Notes: generated by a model from the sequence alone, not told the origin. DNA of 32,000 nt from Schaalia odontolytica (GCF_005696695.1 NZ_CP040006.1:660001-692000), one strand, 5' to 3'. Counted from the first letter of the stretch, positions 18,159 to 26,404 are shown. Numbers and translations: made by a program.

Positions 18159-18300
18159 ATTGTTATATCAACGAAGTGGCGATGCTCAATTGAATGTTTG
18201 TACGGTCAAAGGTCTGATTGGGTGAGTGCCTGTCTGGCACGATAGACACATCCGCGCCAGTGGATAGCACGAAGCCTTTTCGACGAAGAAAGAGACGACG

Positions 18301-19230
18301 ATGTCACAAGCAGTCAACACGGAGAATCCTCGCTACTCCAAGCTCACCATCGGTGTGTGCCCCGACCAGTGGGGCGTCTGGTTCCCCGAGGATCCCAAGC
18401 AGATGGATCCCCGTCAGGCCTGGCAGGAAATGGCTGAAGCAGGCTTCTCGGTCATCGAAACCGGTCCGTTCGGATACTTCCCGACCGACCCCAAGGAGCT
18501 TCAGAAGTGGTGCGATGAGTACGGCATGCGCGTCGTCGCCGGCACCGGCTGGGGCATCCTCCACAAGCAGGAGGCCTGGGCGGACACCATCAAGACGTTC
18601 CGCGCGATCGCGGAAACCCACGCGGCCGTCGGCGCCGAGTACATCGTGCACCTGCCTCCGCTCTACCGCGACGACAAGACCTGGGAGTGGACCGATGACC
18701 GCGTCCTCTCCGACGATGCCTGGAAGCTCTACGTCGACCATGCCAACGCCCTGGGCCAGATGCTCCTCGACGAGTACGGCCTGAAGATGGTCCTGCACCC
18801 CCACGGCGACTCTCACATCGAAACCCCCGAGGAAATTGGCCGCATCTTCGACGCCACGGACCCGACCTACGTCAACCTCTGCCTCGACTCCGGACACGTC
18901 GTCTACGGTGGCGGCGACCCGATCGAGCTGTGCCGCAAGTACCCCGAGCGCATCACCTACGTCCACATCAAGGCCTTCGACGAGGACATCACCCGCGAGG
19001 CGCACGAGAAGGACTGGCCCTTTGGTGAGGCCGTCACCAAGGGTGCCTCCGTCTGCCCGCCCAAGGGCCTGCCCGAGATGCACGCCTTCGTCGACGCGCT
19101 CGCGGACCTGAATAAGGACATCTACTGCATCTGTGAGCAGGACTGCTACCCCTGTGAGCCGTCCTTCCCCAAGCAAAACGCCATCAACATGCGCAAGTAC
19201 CTGGCCGAGTGCGGCCTGGGCCTGGCCTGA
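18301..19230 (+). CDS. Xylose-isomerase-like TIM-barrel protein (sugar phosphate isomerase/epimerase; IolE/IolI-like)
   Basis: AP-endonuclease-2/TIM-barrel pattern: EAGFSVIETG, VLHPHGDSHIE, CLDSGHVVYGG, YVHIK. Confidence 0.75.
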   Translation: MSQAVNTENPRYSKLTIGVCPDQWGVWFPEDPKQMDPRQAWQEMAEAGFSVIETGPFGYFPTDPKELQKWCDEYGMRVVAGTGWGILHKQEAWADTIKTFRAIAETHAAVGAEYIVHLPPLYRDDKTWEWTDDRVLSDDAWKLYVDHANALGQMLLDEYGLKMVLHPHGDSHIETPEEIGRIFDATDPTYVNLCLDSGHVVYGGGDPIELCRKYPERITYVHIKAFDEDITREAHEKDWPFGEAVTKGASVCPPKGLPEMHAFVDALADLNKDIYCICEQDCYPCEPSFPKQNAINMRKYLAECGLGLA

Positions 19231-19263
19231 GACACGCTCGACGCATCGTAAGGAGAGAAAGCA

Positions 19264-20274
19264 ATGACTGTTCGTATTGGCCTCATCGGCGCCGGCGGCA
19301 TGGGCCGCGCCCACGTGGAACGCATCGAGAAGGAACTGGCAGGCGGTAAGGTTGTGGCCGTCGCCGACCTCAACCTGGAGGGCGCGAAGGCCGTTGCCGA
19401 GCCCCTGGGCGCAACCGCCTACGGCAGCGGCGCCGAGCTGATCGCAGACCCGAATGTCGACGCGGTCCTCATCGCCACCTTCGGCAAGGTCCACGCCCCC
19501 GACGTCATCGCCGCCGTCAAGGCCGGCAAGTACGTGCTGTGCGAGAAGCCCCTGGCTACCACCGCCGAAGACTGCATCGCCATCATGGAAGTGGAGCAGG
19601 AAGCCGGCAAGAAGCTCGTGACCGTCGGCTTCATGCGCCGCTTCGACAAGGGCTACCAGGAGATGCGCGCTCTGCGCGAATCCGGAGAGCTCGGCTACGC
19701 CACCCTCGTGCACTGCCGCCACCGCAACCCCACGGTTCCCGAGGGCTACACGACCCGCAACATGATCGACGACACGGCGATCCACGAGATCGACGCGTGC
19801 CGCTACCTGCTGGGCGAAGAGATCGTCTCGGTGCGCATCGACACCCCGCGCGCCACCTCCCGCCGCTTCGAGCACCTGCAGGATCCGCTGGTCCTCGTCG
19901 CCAAGACCGAGTCCGGCGTCCTCATCGACGACGAGGTCAACGTCAACATCCAGTTCGGCTACTCGATCGAATGCGAGCTCGTCCTCGAGGCGGGCACGAT
20001 CCGCCTCGGCGACCAGGAGCACACCTACGTGCGCGACTCCCTGGGTAACCGAAACGCGATCTGCTCCAGCCACATCGACCGCTTCCACGACGCTTTCAAC
20101 GCGGAAGTGCAGCAGTGGATCCGCGCCGTCGAGCGCGACGAACACACCGGATCCGACTCGTGGGACGGCTACGCCGCCACCGCAGTCGTCGACGCAGCCA
20201 TCGCCTCCCTCGAGGATGGCGGCCGCGAATACCCGGTGACCCTCATCGAGCGCCCGTCCCTGTACGAGCGCTGA
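19264..20274 (+). CDS. iolG: Inositol 2-dehydrogenase, Bacillus IolG type (Gfo/Idh/MocA)
   Basis: Collinear with my recollection of B. subtilis IolG: RIGLIGAGGMGRAH, CEKPLATTAEDC, VGFMRRFDKGY, HCRHRNPTV, HEIDACRYLLG. AAGGAGAG RBS. Confidence 0.85.
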   Translation: MTVRIGLIGAGGMGRAHVERIEKELAGGKVVAVADLNLEGAKAVAEPLGATAYGSGAELIADPNVDAVLIATFGKVHAPDVIAAVKAGKYVLCEKPLATTAEDCIAIMEVEQEAGKKLVTVGFMRRFDKGYQEMRALRESGELGYATLVHCRHRNPTVPEGYTTRNMIDDTAIHEIDACRYLLGEEIVSVRIDTPRATSRRFEHLQDPLVLVAKTESGVLIDDEVNVNIQFGYSIECELVLEAGTIRLGDQEHTYVRDSLGNRNAICSSHIDRFHDAFNAEVQQWIRAVERDEHTGSDSWDGYAATAVVDAAIASLEDGGREYPVTLIERPSLYER

Positions 20275-20357
20275 CAAAACTCGAGGTCGGGGCTGGCCCG
20301 ATCGGATGCGGATACCCAGCCCCGGCCTCGTCCCACGAACCTAGAAAGGAAGACATC

Positions 20358-21227
20358 ATGGTGGATATCGCCCTTGACCCGAACATGTACTACCCGACGC
20401 ACAGCCCGACGCAGGTGCTGTACAAGGCGGCGGAACTCGGTTACGAATTCATCGAGATGTCGCCCCTGGCCCCCGTGCACTTCTGGCACCACTACCCGAA
20501 GGCCGACGACGCCCTCATCGTGGACCTGAACCGCGCCCAGCGCGACTCCGGCGTGCGTATCCGCACCCTGAACCCCGTGTTCAACTGGTCTTCCACCGAC
20601 GAGGCCGAGCGCAACGCCCAGGTGCGTAACTGGCGCCGCCTCCTCGAAATCGCCGACCAGCTCGACGTGCGTGAGATTACCTCGGAGTTCTCGGGAGACC
20701 GCAACACTCCGCGCCAGTGCGAAGCCCAGTGGTACCGCTCCATCGAAGAACTCACCCCCGACTTCGAGCGCTACGGCATCCGCCTCAACATGGAGGCGCA
20801 CCCCTATGACTTCATCGAAACCCACGACGAGGCCATGCTCCTCGTGCGCGGAGCCAACAAGGACTGGATCGGATACGAATACTGCTGCCCGCACACGTAC
20901 CACCTGTCCAAGGGGGCCGGAGACGTGGAGCGCATGATCCGCGACGCCGCTGACGCCGGCAAGCTGCGCGAGGTCCACATCGCCGACGTCTTCAACCATG
21001 CCGCGAACGATGGCAACCGCTACATCGTCAACCCGCCCGGTGCCGACGTCACCGTCCACCAGCACAACGAAATCGGTTTCGGTGAGGTGCCGTGGGAGAC
21101 GGTCTTCTCGACCCTGCGCGACATCAACTTCGACGGCGTCCTGTCCGTGTGCGTCTTCGGATGGCACGAGCGCGCGGATGAGATCAACAAGAAGGTCCTC
21201 GCGCGACTGCAGGCCGAACTGGGCTGA
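20358..21227 (+). CDS. iolH: IolH-like sugar phosphate isomerase/epimerase (TIM barrel)
   Basis: IALDPNMYY, AAELGYEFIEMSP, EAHPYDFIE and RYIVNPPGADVTVHQH follow the B. subtilis IolH pattern as I recall it. Start at ATG 20358 after AAAGGAAG; the ORF-track start at 20115 overlaps iolG. Confidence 0.8.
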   Translation: MVDIALDPNMYYPTHSPTQVLYKAAELGYEFIEMSPLAPVHFWHHYPKADDALIVDLNRAQRDSGVRIRTLNPVFNWSSTDEAERNAQVRNWRRLLEIADQLDVREITSEFSGDRNTPRQCEAQWYRSIEELTPDFERYGIRLNMEAHPYDFIETHDEAMLLVRGANKDWIGYEYCCPHTYHLSKGAGDVERMIRDAADAGKLREVHIADVFNHAANDGNRYIVNPPGADVTVHQHNEIGFGEVPWETVFSTLRDINFDGVLSVCVFGWHERADEINKKVLARLQAELG

Positions 21228-21276
21228 TCACCCTTTTACTTAGAAAGCTCCAACGACGAAGCAATAGGAGAACCAC

Positions 21277-22893
21277 ATGTCACACGGTCCAACGATTGAC
21301 GAATACACGCCCGATAAGGTGCGCGAGCTCGTCGAGACGACCCCTGCCTCCGGCAAGAAGCGCTCCCTGGGCGCGATCGCTGCCGTCGCCACGCTGGGTT
21401 CGCTCCTCTTCGGCTACGACACCGGCGTAATCGCTGGTGCCCTGCCCTACATGTACATGCCGGGTCACGCCGGTGGCCTTCAGATGACCACCTTCGAAGA
21501 AGGCTGGGTCGGCGGCCTGCTGTGCATCGGCGCCGCCGCCGGCGCGTTCTTCGGCGGTCGCCTGTCCGACCGATACGGGCGTCGCCACAACATCACGCTG
21601 CTGGCCATCGTCTTCCTGTTCGGCGCCATCGGATGTGCGATCGCCCCGAACATCTGGGTTCTCTACCTGGCGCGCATCATCCTTGGCTTCGCCGTCGGTG
21701 GAGCCTCCGCGACGGTTCCCGTCTTCCTCGGCGAAACAGCGCCCAAGCGACTGCGCGGCGTCCTCGTCGCGACCGACCAGATGATGATCGTTTTCGGCCA
21801 GTTCCTGGCCTTCTCCATGAACGCCGTCATCGCCCGCCTGCAGAGTGGCCCCACCGTGCACCTGACCGGCGACGCCGTGGATGCCTCCGGTCACGTGCTC
21901 GGACAGGCCGGAACCTCCGTCGCATGGGAAACCGTCCAGGCCGCCGTCAACATCGCCGACGTTACGGGCGGCGGGAACGGCATGACCTGGCGCTACATGC
22001 TCATCCTGTGCTCGCTGCCCGCCATCGCCCTGTGGGTCGGCATCCGCATGATGCCCGAGTCCTCCCGCTGGTACGCCGCCAACCTGCGCATCGCCGATGC
22101 CATCGGCTCCCTCAAGCGCGTGCGTGACGAGAAGAAGGACGACGTTGCCGGCGAGCTCAATGAGATGCTCGAGGTCCAGCGCGCCGAGTCCAAGCAGGAG
22201 AAGTGGTCGCTGTCCCAGATCCTCAAGGTCAAGTGGGCCCGCAAGCTCCTCTACATCGGAATCATTCTGGGTATCGCCGACCAGCTGACCGGTATCAACA
22301 CGGCCATGTACTACACGCCGAAGATCCTCAACGCCGCCGGCGTTCCCATGGAAGACGCCATCACCCTGAACGTCGTCTCCGGTGGTATCTCCGCGATCGG
22401 TTCCGCCGTCGGCCTGTGGCTCGTCGCCCGCTTCGCGCGCCGCCACGTCGGCATGTACCAGGAGCTCGGCATCACGATCTCCCTGGCTGCCCTGTCCGCA
22501 GTGTTCGCCTTCTTCATCAGCCCCTACCTGGATGCCGACGGCAACATCTCCGGCGCTCCGAACTTCGCGCCCTGGCTGGTTCTCGGCATCGTCTGCCTCT
22601 TCGTGTTCATCAAGCAGTCCGGCACCGTGACCTGGGTTCTTGTCTCCGAGATCTACCCGGCTGCCGTCCGTGGCAGCGCCCTCGGTATCGCGGTGGGCAC
22701 GCTGTGGCTCGCCAACGCGCTCGTCTCCGTCATCTTCCCGCCGCTCATGGCGACCGTCGGTGGCGCCGGCACGTACGCGATCTTCGCGGCCATCAACTTC
22801 CTCTCCTTCCTCTTCTACTGGAAGGTCGTCCCCGAGACGAAGTTCCACTCGCTGGAGGAACTGGAGCTGAAGTTCCAGAAGGACTACTCCTGA
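21277..22893 (+). CDS. iolT: Second MFS sugar-porter inositol transporter paralog
   Basis: GSLLFGYDTGVIAGALPYMYMP, DRYGRR, PESSRWY and PETK motifs. Clear paralog of 5088..6746. Confidence 0.85.
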   Translation: MSHGPTIDEYTPDKVRELVETTPASGKKRSLGAIAAVATLGSLLFGYDTGVIAGALPYMYMPGHAGGLQMTTFEEGWVGGLLCIGAAAGAFFGGRLSDRYGRRHNITLLAIVFLFGAIGCAIAPNIWVLYLARIILGFAVGGASATVPVFLGETAPKRLRGVLVATDQMMIVFGQFLAFSMNAVIARLQSGPTVHLTGDAVDASGHVLGQAGTSVAWETVQAAVNIADVTGGGNGMTWRYMLILCSLPAIALWVGIRMMPESSRWYAANLRIADAIGSLKRVRDEKKDDVAGELNEMLEVQRAESKQEKWSLSQILKVKWARKLLYIGIILGIADQLTGINTAMYYTPKILNAAGVPMEDAITLNVVSGGISAIGSAVGLWLVARFARRHVGMYQELGITISLAALSAVFAFFISPYLDADGNISGAPNFAPWLVLGIVCLFVFIKQSGTVTWVLVSEIYPAAVRGSALGIAVGTLWLANALVSVIFPPLMATVGGAGTYAIFAAINFLSFLFYWKVVPETKFHSLEELELKFQKDYS

Positions 22894-22917
22894 TCGGGAT
22901 TCATCCACGTCCGTGAG

Positions 22918-22948
22918 CCCGGTGGGGCGGCCATGCCGCCCCACCGGG
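22918..22948 (+). terminator. Hairpin after the second iolT
   Basis: Perfect 13-bp stem CCCGGTGGGGCGG / CCGCCCCACCGGG with a 5-nt loop and no U-tract. Confidence 0.5.
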
Positions 22949-22979
22949 CACTCGCGCACGATGAGGGAGAGGAGAGGCG

Positions 22980-24326
22980 ATGACGAAGCAGAAGCAGGCA
23001 GCCCAGTCCCGTACGTCGCGGCCACCGGTCGGCCGCGGCGAAGTGCGCATGCGTGCCTTCGCGTACCTGACGGGCATCACTGTCGGCCTTGTCGACGGCG
23101 TCCTGGCCATTCATATCTGGTCCGCGGGGTTCACCCATGCCGTCGCCTTGTTCATCGCCGCCTTGTCGCTCCCGTCGTTGCTGTCCGCGATCCTCACCCC
23201 GCGTCTGTCCGAGCACATTGGGCGTCGCATCCCCAATTGCGTGGGAGCCGTGACTCTTGCCGCGGGTTCACTCGTGATCGCCTCGACCTGCGCCGTCGCG
23301 GTCGGCTCGGATGGAACTGGGACGGGCGTCGTCGTTTCGTACTGCATCGGTTACGCCCTCCTGGGGCTGGGTTACGGGGCCCTGTGGTCGCTGCTGCCCC
23401 GCACGGCGCACGAGCTGTCCCTGCGCGGTCATGCCCGCCTTGTGCCTCGTGCCAACTCCCTCCTCGGCGTTGGCGGGGGAGTGGGGATCGCCCTCGGCTT
23501 CGTGCACGGGGTTGGGCCCCTCCTGCCGTCCGTGACGCTCGTCGGATTCTCTCTCGCGCTCCTCATCGCTGCCTCGCTCCTGCCAGAATCTCCCGCCTGG
23601 TACGCCTCCAAGGGGCGCGAGGTCGACGCCTTCCTCGCGCTCAAATCCCTGCATGGCGCGCTCGAGGCCTCGGTCGAGATCGATCACGTACGCCTCGACG
23701 CGGAGATGGCGCGCGAACAGCACCCCCTGCGCCTGCGTGACGTCGCGATCCCTCAGGTGCGTTCTGCACTGCTGACGGCCCTCGCCCTCGTGTGTGTGCA
23801 GGAGGCGCCCCTCGTCGTTGCGATCATTATCTTTACGCCGGCGCTGCTCGCTGGTGTGGGCGCGGCCGGGTGGATGCAGCTGACCTTTGCCGCTGGCGTC
23901 GTGCTCATCGCGCTGGCGACGCTGACCGCTGTCAGCCGCGTTGGTGCCCATCGTTTCCTGCGTGCGTCGCTGGGGTCCGTGGGGGCTGTGCTGTCCTCGA
24001 TGATTGGTGTCGCCGTATTCTCCGTGAATGGGGAGATTGGCCCCGTCGCCATGCTGATCGTTGCCCTCCTCATGATGGCCGCGCAGCGCATCTGGATCTA
24101 CCCCGCCTGCCATGGTGCCATTGACCCGCGCATCCCGCCGTGGCTGGTCACCTGGCAGCGCCAGTCTGTCATCACCCTCAACGTGGTGGCGCGCACCTTC
24201 GCGCTGATCCTGGGTGGTGTGACCGTCTTCCTGCCGGGTGGCGTGGCCCTCGGGGTCTACTTTGGCCTGCAGTGCATCGCCCTGATTCTCCTGCTGGTGC
24301 GCCTGCCTCACGAGTATGCGGAGTAG
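22980..24326 (+). CDS. Divergent MFS transporter, degenerate sugar-porter relative
   Basis: About 12 TM segments. Retains SEHIGRR (D-x-x-GRR-like) and LPESPAWYASKGR (PESPRW-like) but lacks other sugar-porter signatures. GGAGAGGAGAGG RBS. Confidence 0.7.
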   Translation: MTKQKQAAQSRTSRPPVGRGEVRMRAFAYLTGITVGLVDGVLAIHIWSAGFTHAVALFIAALSLPSLLSAILTPRLSEHIGRRIPNCVGAVTLAAGSLVIASTCAVAVGSDGTGTGVVVSYCIGYALLGLGYGALWSLLPRTAHELSLRGHARLVPRANSLLGVGGGVGIALGFVHGVGPLLPSVTLVGFSLALLIAASLLPESPAWYASKGREVDAFLALKSLHGALEASVEIDHVRLDAEMAREQHPLRLRDVAIPQVRSALLTALALVCVQEAPLVVAIIIFTPALLAGVGAAGWMQLTFAAGVVLIALATLTAVSRVGAHRFLRASLGSVGAVLSSMIGVAVFSVNGEIGPVAMLIVALLMMAAQRIWIYPACHGAIDPRIPPWLVTWQRQSVITLNVVARTFALILGGVTVFLPGGVALGVYFGLQCIALILLLVRLPHEYAE

Positions 24327-24372
24327 GGGCCTCGGCCTCGTTTATGTCCGGTCATTACCCTCACCTAGGCCA

Positions 24373-24386
24373 TTTGTCCTGACAAT
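24373..24386. promoter_or_regulatory. Putative IolR-type operator TTTGTCCTGACAAT, 79 nt upstream of the Zn-dehydrogenase gene
   Basis: Motif-family member, followed by a -10-like TAACAT. Confidence 0.5.
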
Positions 24387-24464
24387 TGGTGCGCTCCTCG
24401 GCTAACATGAGAGTGTCCGTGATCGACGAAGTACGCGGCATCCAACCACTACGAGGTGAAGCCC

Positions 24465-25607
24465 ATGAGCACCGAAACTCCCGTTATTCCTGACACTATG
24501 CGCGCGGCCGTCCTGCGCGACTACGACAAGGGCCTCCAGGTCGAGACCATCCGCACGCCGCGCCCCAAGGCCGGTGAAGTCCTTATCAAGGTGACTGCGT
24601 GCGGCCTGTGCCACTCCGACCTGCACGTCATCGGAGGTGCCATTGCCTTCCCTTTGCCCGCCGTCCTCGGTCACGAGGTTGCCGGCATCATCGTTGAACT
24701 CGGTGCCGGTACCGAGCACACTGGCCTTGAGGTTGGCCAGCAGGTTGCCGGCGGCTTCCTCATGCCCTGCGGTCAGTGCCGTCACTGCGCCGCCGGCCAC
24801 GACGAGCTGTGCGAGCCCTTCTTCGAGCTGAACCGCCTCAAGGGTGTCCTCTATGACGGCACGACCCGCCTGTACTCCCTCGATGGTGAGCCCATTCAGA
24901 TGTACTCGATGGGTGGCCTGGCTGAGTACTCGGTCGTCCCCGCGACGGCCCTGGCTCCCGTGCCCGAGGGTGTCGATCCCGTGTCGTCGGCGATCCTGGG
25001 CTGCGCCGCCATGACCGGCTACGGTGCCGTGCGTCGTGGCGCCGATATTAAGTACGGTGAGACGGTCGCCGTCGTCGCCGTGGGTGGCGTGGGTTCCAAC
25101 ATCGTCCAGATCGCGCGTGCCTTCGGTGCCTCGCAGGTTATTGCCATCGACGTTGCCGACGATAAGCTCGAGGCCGTCAAGGCCTTCGGCGCGACCGCGA
25201 CGATCAACTCCATGACCCAGGATGCGCGCGAAGAGGTCCTTAAGCTGACCAATGGCCGCGGCGTTGACGTCTCCTTCGAGGCCCTGGGCATTCCTTCCAC
25301 GTGGAACACCGCGCTCGATGTCCTCGCCGACGGTGGCCGCATGGTTCCGATCGGCCTGGGTGCTGGCCGCCAGACTGCTGAGGTGGAGATTAATCGCACC
25401 GTGCGTCGCTCGCAGTCGATCCTCGGCTCCTACGGTGCCCGCACCCGCCAGGATCTGCCCGCGGTTGTCGATCTGGCCGCGCGCGGCATTATCAACTACG
25501 ACGACCTGGTCACGCGCCGCTTCTCGCTCGACGAGGCGGCCGCCGGATACGAGGCCCTGCGTAACCGTGCCGTCCAGGGCCGCGCTGTTGTCGACATGTC
25601 TCTGTGA
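24465..25607 (+). CDS. Zinc-dependent alcohol/polyol dehydrogenase (MDR superfamily)
   Basis: GLCHSDLHV and GHEVAGIIVELG Zn-site motifs, structural-Zn Cys cluster CGQCRHCAAGHDELC, Rossmann VAVVAVGGVG. ATG 24465 sits 5 nt after GAGGTG. Confidence 0.85.
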   Translation: MSTETPVIPDTMRAAVLRDYDKGLQVETIRTPRPKAGEVLIKVTACGLCHSDLHVIGGAIAFPLPAVLGHEVAGIIVELGAGTEHTGLEVGQQVAGGFLMPCGQCRHCAAGHDELCEPFFELNRLKGVLYDGTTRLYSLDGEPIQMYSMGGLAEYSVVPATALAPVPEGVDPVSSAILGCAAMTGYGAVRRGADIKYGETVAVVAVGGVGSNIVQIARAFGASQVIAIDVADDKLEAVKAFGATATINSMTQDAREEVLKLTNGRGVDVSFEALGIPSTWNTALDVLADGGRMVPIGLGAGRQTAEVEINRTVRRSQSILGSYGARTRQDLPAVVDLAARGIINYDDLVTRRFSLDEAAAGYEALRNRAVQGRAVVDMSL

Positions 25608-25624
25608 GACCTGACGACGCAACG

Positions 25625-25667
25625 AGTCAGGCCCACTCGCCCGGGGGGCGGGGGAGTGGGCCTGACT
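25625..25667. terminator. Bidirectional terminator between the convergent dehydrogenase and small membrane protein genes
   Basis: Perfect 14-bp stem AGTCAGGCCCACTC / GAGTGGGCCTGACT, followed by TTGTTGTTTG on the plus strand. Confidence 0.75.
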
Positions 25668-25710
25668 TGTTGTTTGTGGTGATCCGCGTGGGATCGATCT
25701 GACGTGAGGG

Positions 25711-25959
25711 TCAGCGCGTCATCATGTTGAGGATGCCGTACACGCCCACGAAGGCGGCGACGGTCGTGATGATGATGGCGGAGCTGAGGATCACGGTCGA
25801 GGCCGTGGCGGCGCCGACGATGGCCATCGTGATGCCCGCGATGAAGACGGCGGTCAGTGCGAAGGCGAAGCTCAGGGTGTTGGTGAGGGAAGTCTCGGAG
25901 GCCTGCTCGGAACGGACGGACTGAGCGGCGATCGTGGTCTCGCGGACGAGGGTTTCCAT
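25711..25959 (-). CDS. Small hypothetical membrane protein (82 aa, two predicted TM helices)
   Basis: ATG 25959 is preceded by AGGAG at good spacing. Polar N-terminus followed by two hydrophobic stretches. The ORF-track N-terminal extension to 26121 lacks an RBS and has poor composition. Confidence 0.55.
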   Translation of the reverse strand: METLVRETTIAAQSVRSEQASETSLTNTLSFAFALTAVFIAGITMAIVGAATASTVILSSAIIITTVAAFVGVYGILNMMTR

Positions 25960-26009
25960 GGTGTCTCCTGTGTGTGATTGAAAGTCAACGTGTGCGGGAG
26001 ACACGGATA

Positions 26010-26035
26010 AAGGCCGTGTGCGCCCACACGGCCTT
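26010..26035 (-). other. Strong hairpin 50 nt upstream of the small-protein start codon
   Basis: AAGGCCGTGTG / CACACGGCCTT, 11-bp perfect stem with a 4-nt loop. Either a terminator for minus-strand read-through or a 5'-leader structure. Confidence 0.4.
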
Positions 26036-26210
26036 GTGAATTGAAGGGTGTTGAACCGGTTTGGCTCGTTCCTTCCGACGTGTATAAGCCTATTCGCCGC
26101 GGCGGTTAATTGTCTATACAAAAACGAGTGAACTGTGGAATGGACAAAGTCGTCACTTTGTCAGTAATTCTCATGTTGGTCGGCAGCTTGATCTGCGGAT
26201 ACGTGGTTGC

Positions 26211-26404
26211 TCGGCTGGGGTGGCGCGAGGCCTGCTGGGGTGGAGGTGGCTGCGGTGCCGGTGGGCGGCGGCAGGGCAGGCCTCGCGCCGCACGGAGGTC
26301 TGGCGGCGGGAGGGCGCGCGGCGGTTTGGCGGCGGGAGGCCGAACGGAGGTCTGACGGCGGGGGCCTGTTGGGTGGGTGGCTGCGGCGCCGGTGGGCGGC
26401 AGCG
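26211..26404. repeat. GC-rich structured repeat, copy A
   Basis: 26219-26277 matches 27219-27276 (one indel, one mismatch). 26276-26313 matches 27377-27414 (two mismatches). Internal degenerate period of about 26 bp (CGGAGGTCTGGCGGCGGGAGG). 14-bp inverted pair GGCGCGAGGCCTGC (26222-26235) / GCAGGCCTCGCGCC (26276-26289). Confidence 0.8.

Noticed and set aside
18125-18193. 22-codon upstream ORF (MSIENVDNAGYHCYINEVAMLN) in the AT-rich leader before the 18301 gene.
   Set aside because: No Shine-Dalgarno sequence precedes its ATG. It overlaps the candidate promoter and operator, so it is probably upstream of the transcription start.
20115-20357. N-terminal extensions suggested by the ORF track: iolH from 20115, the oxidoreductase from 8088, the glycosyltransferase from 28741, licD from 31838, iolC from 12349, LacI from 9125 and the small protein from 26121.
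   Set aside because: In each case an internal ATG has a clear AGGAG-type RBS at proper spacing. The extension overlaps an upstream gene, terminator or operator and has Arg/Pro/Ser-rich non-genic composition.
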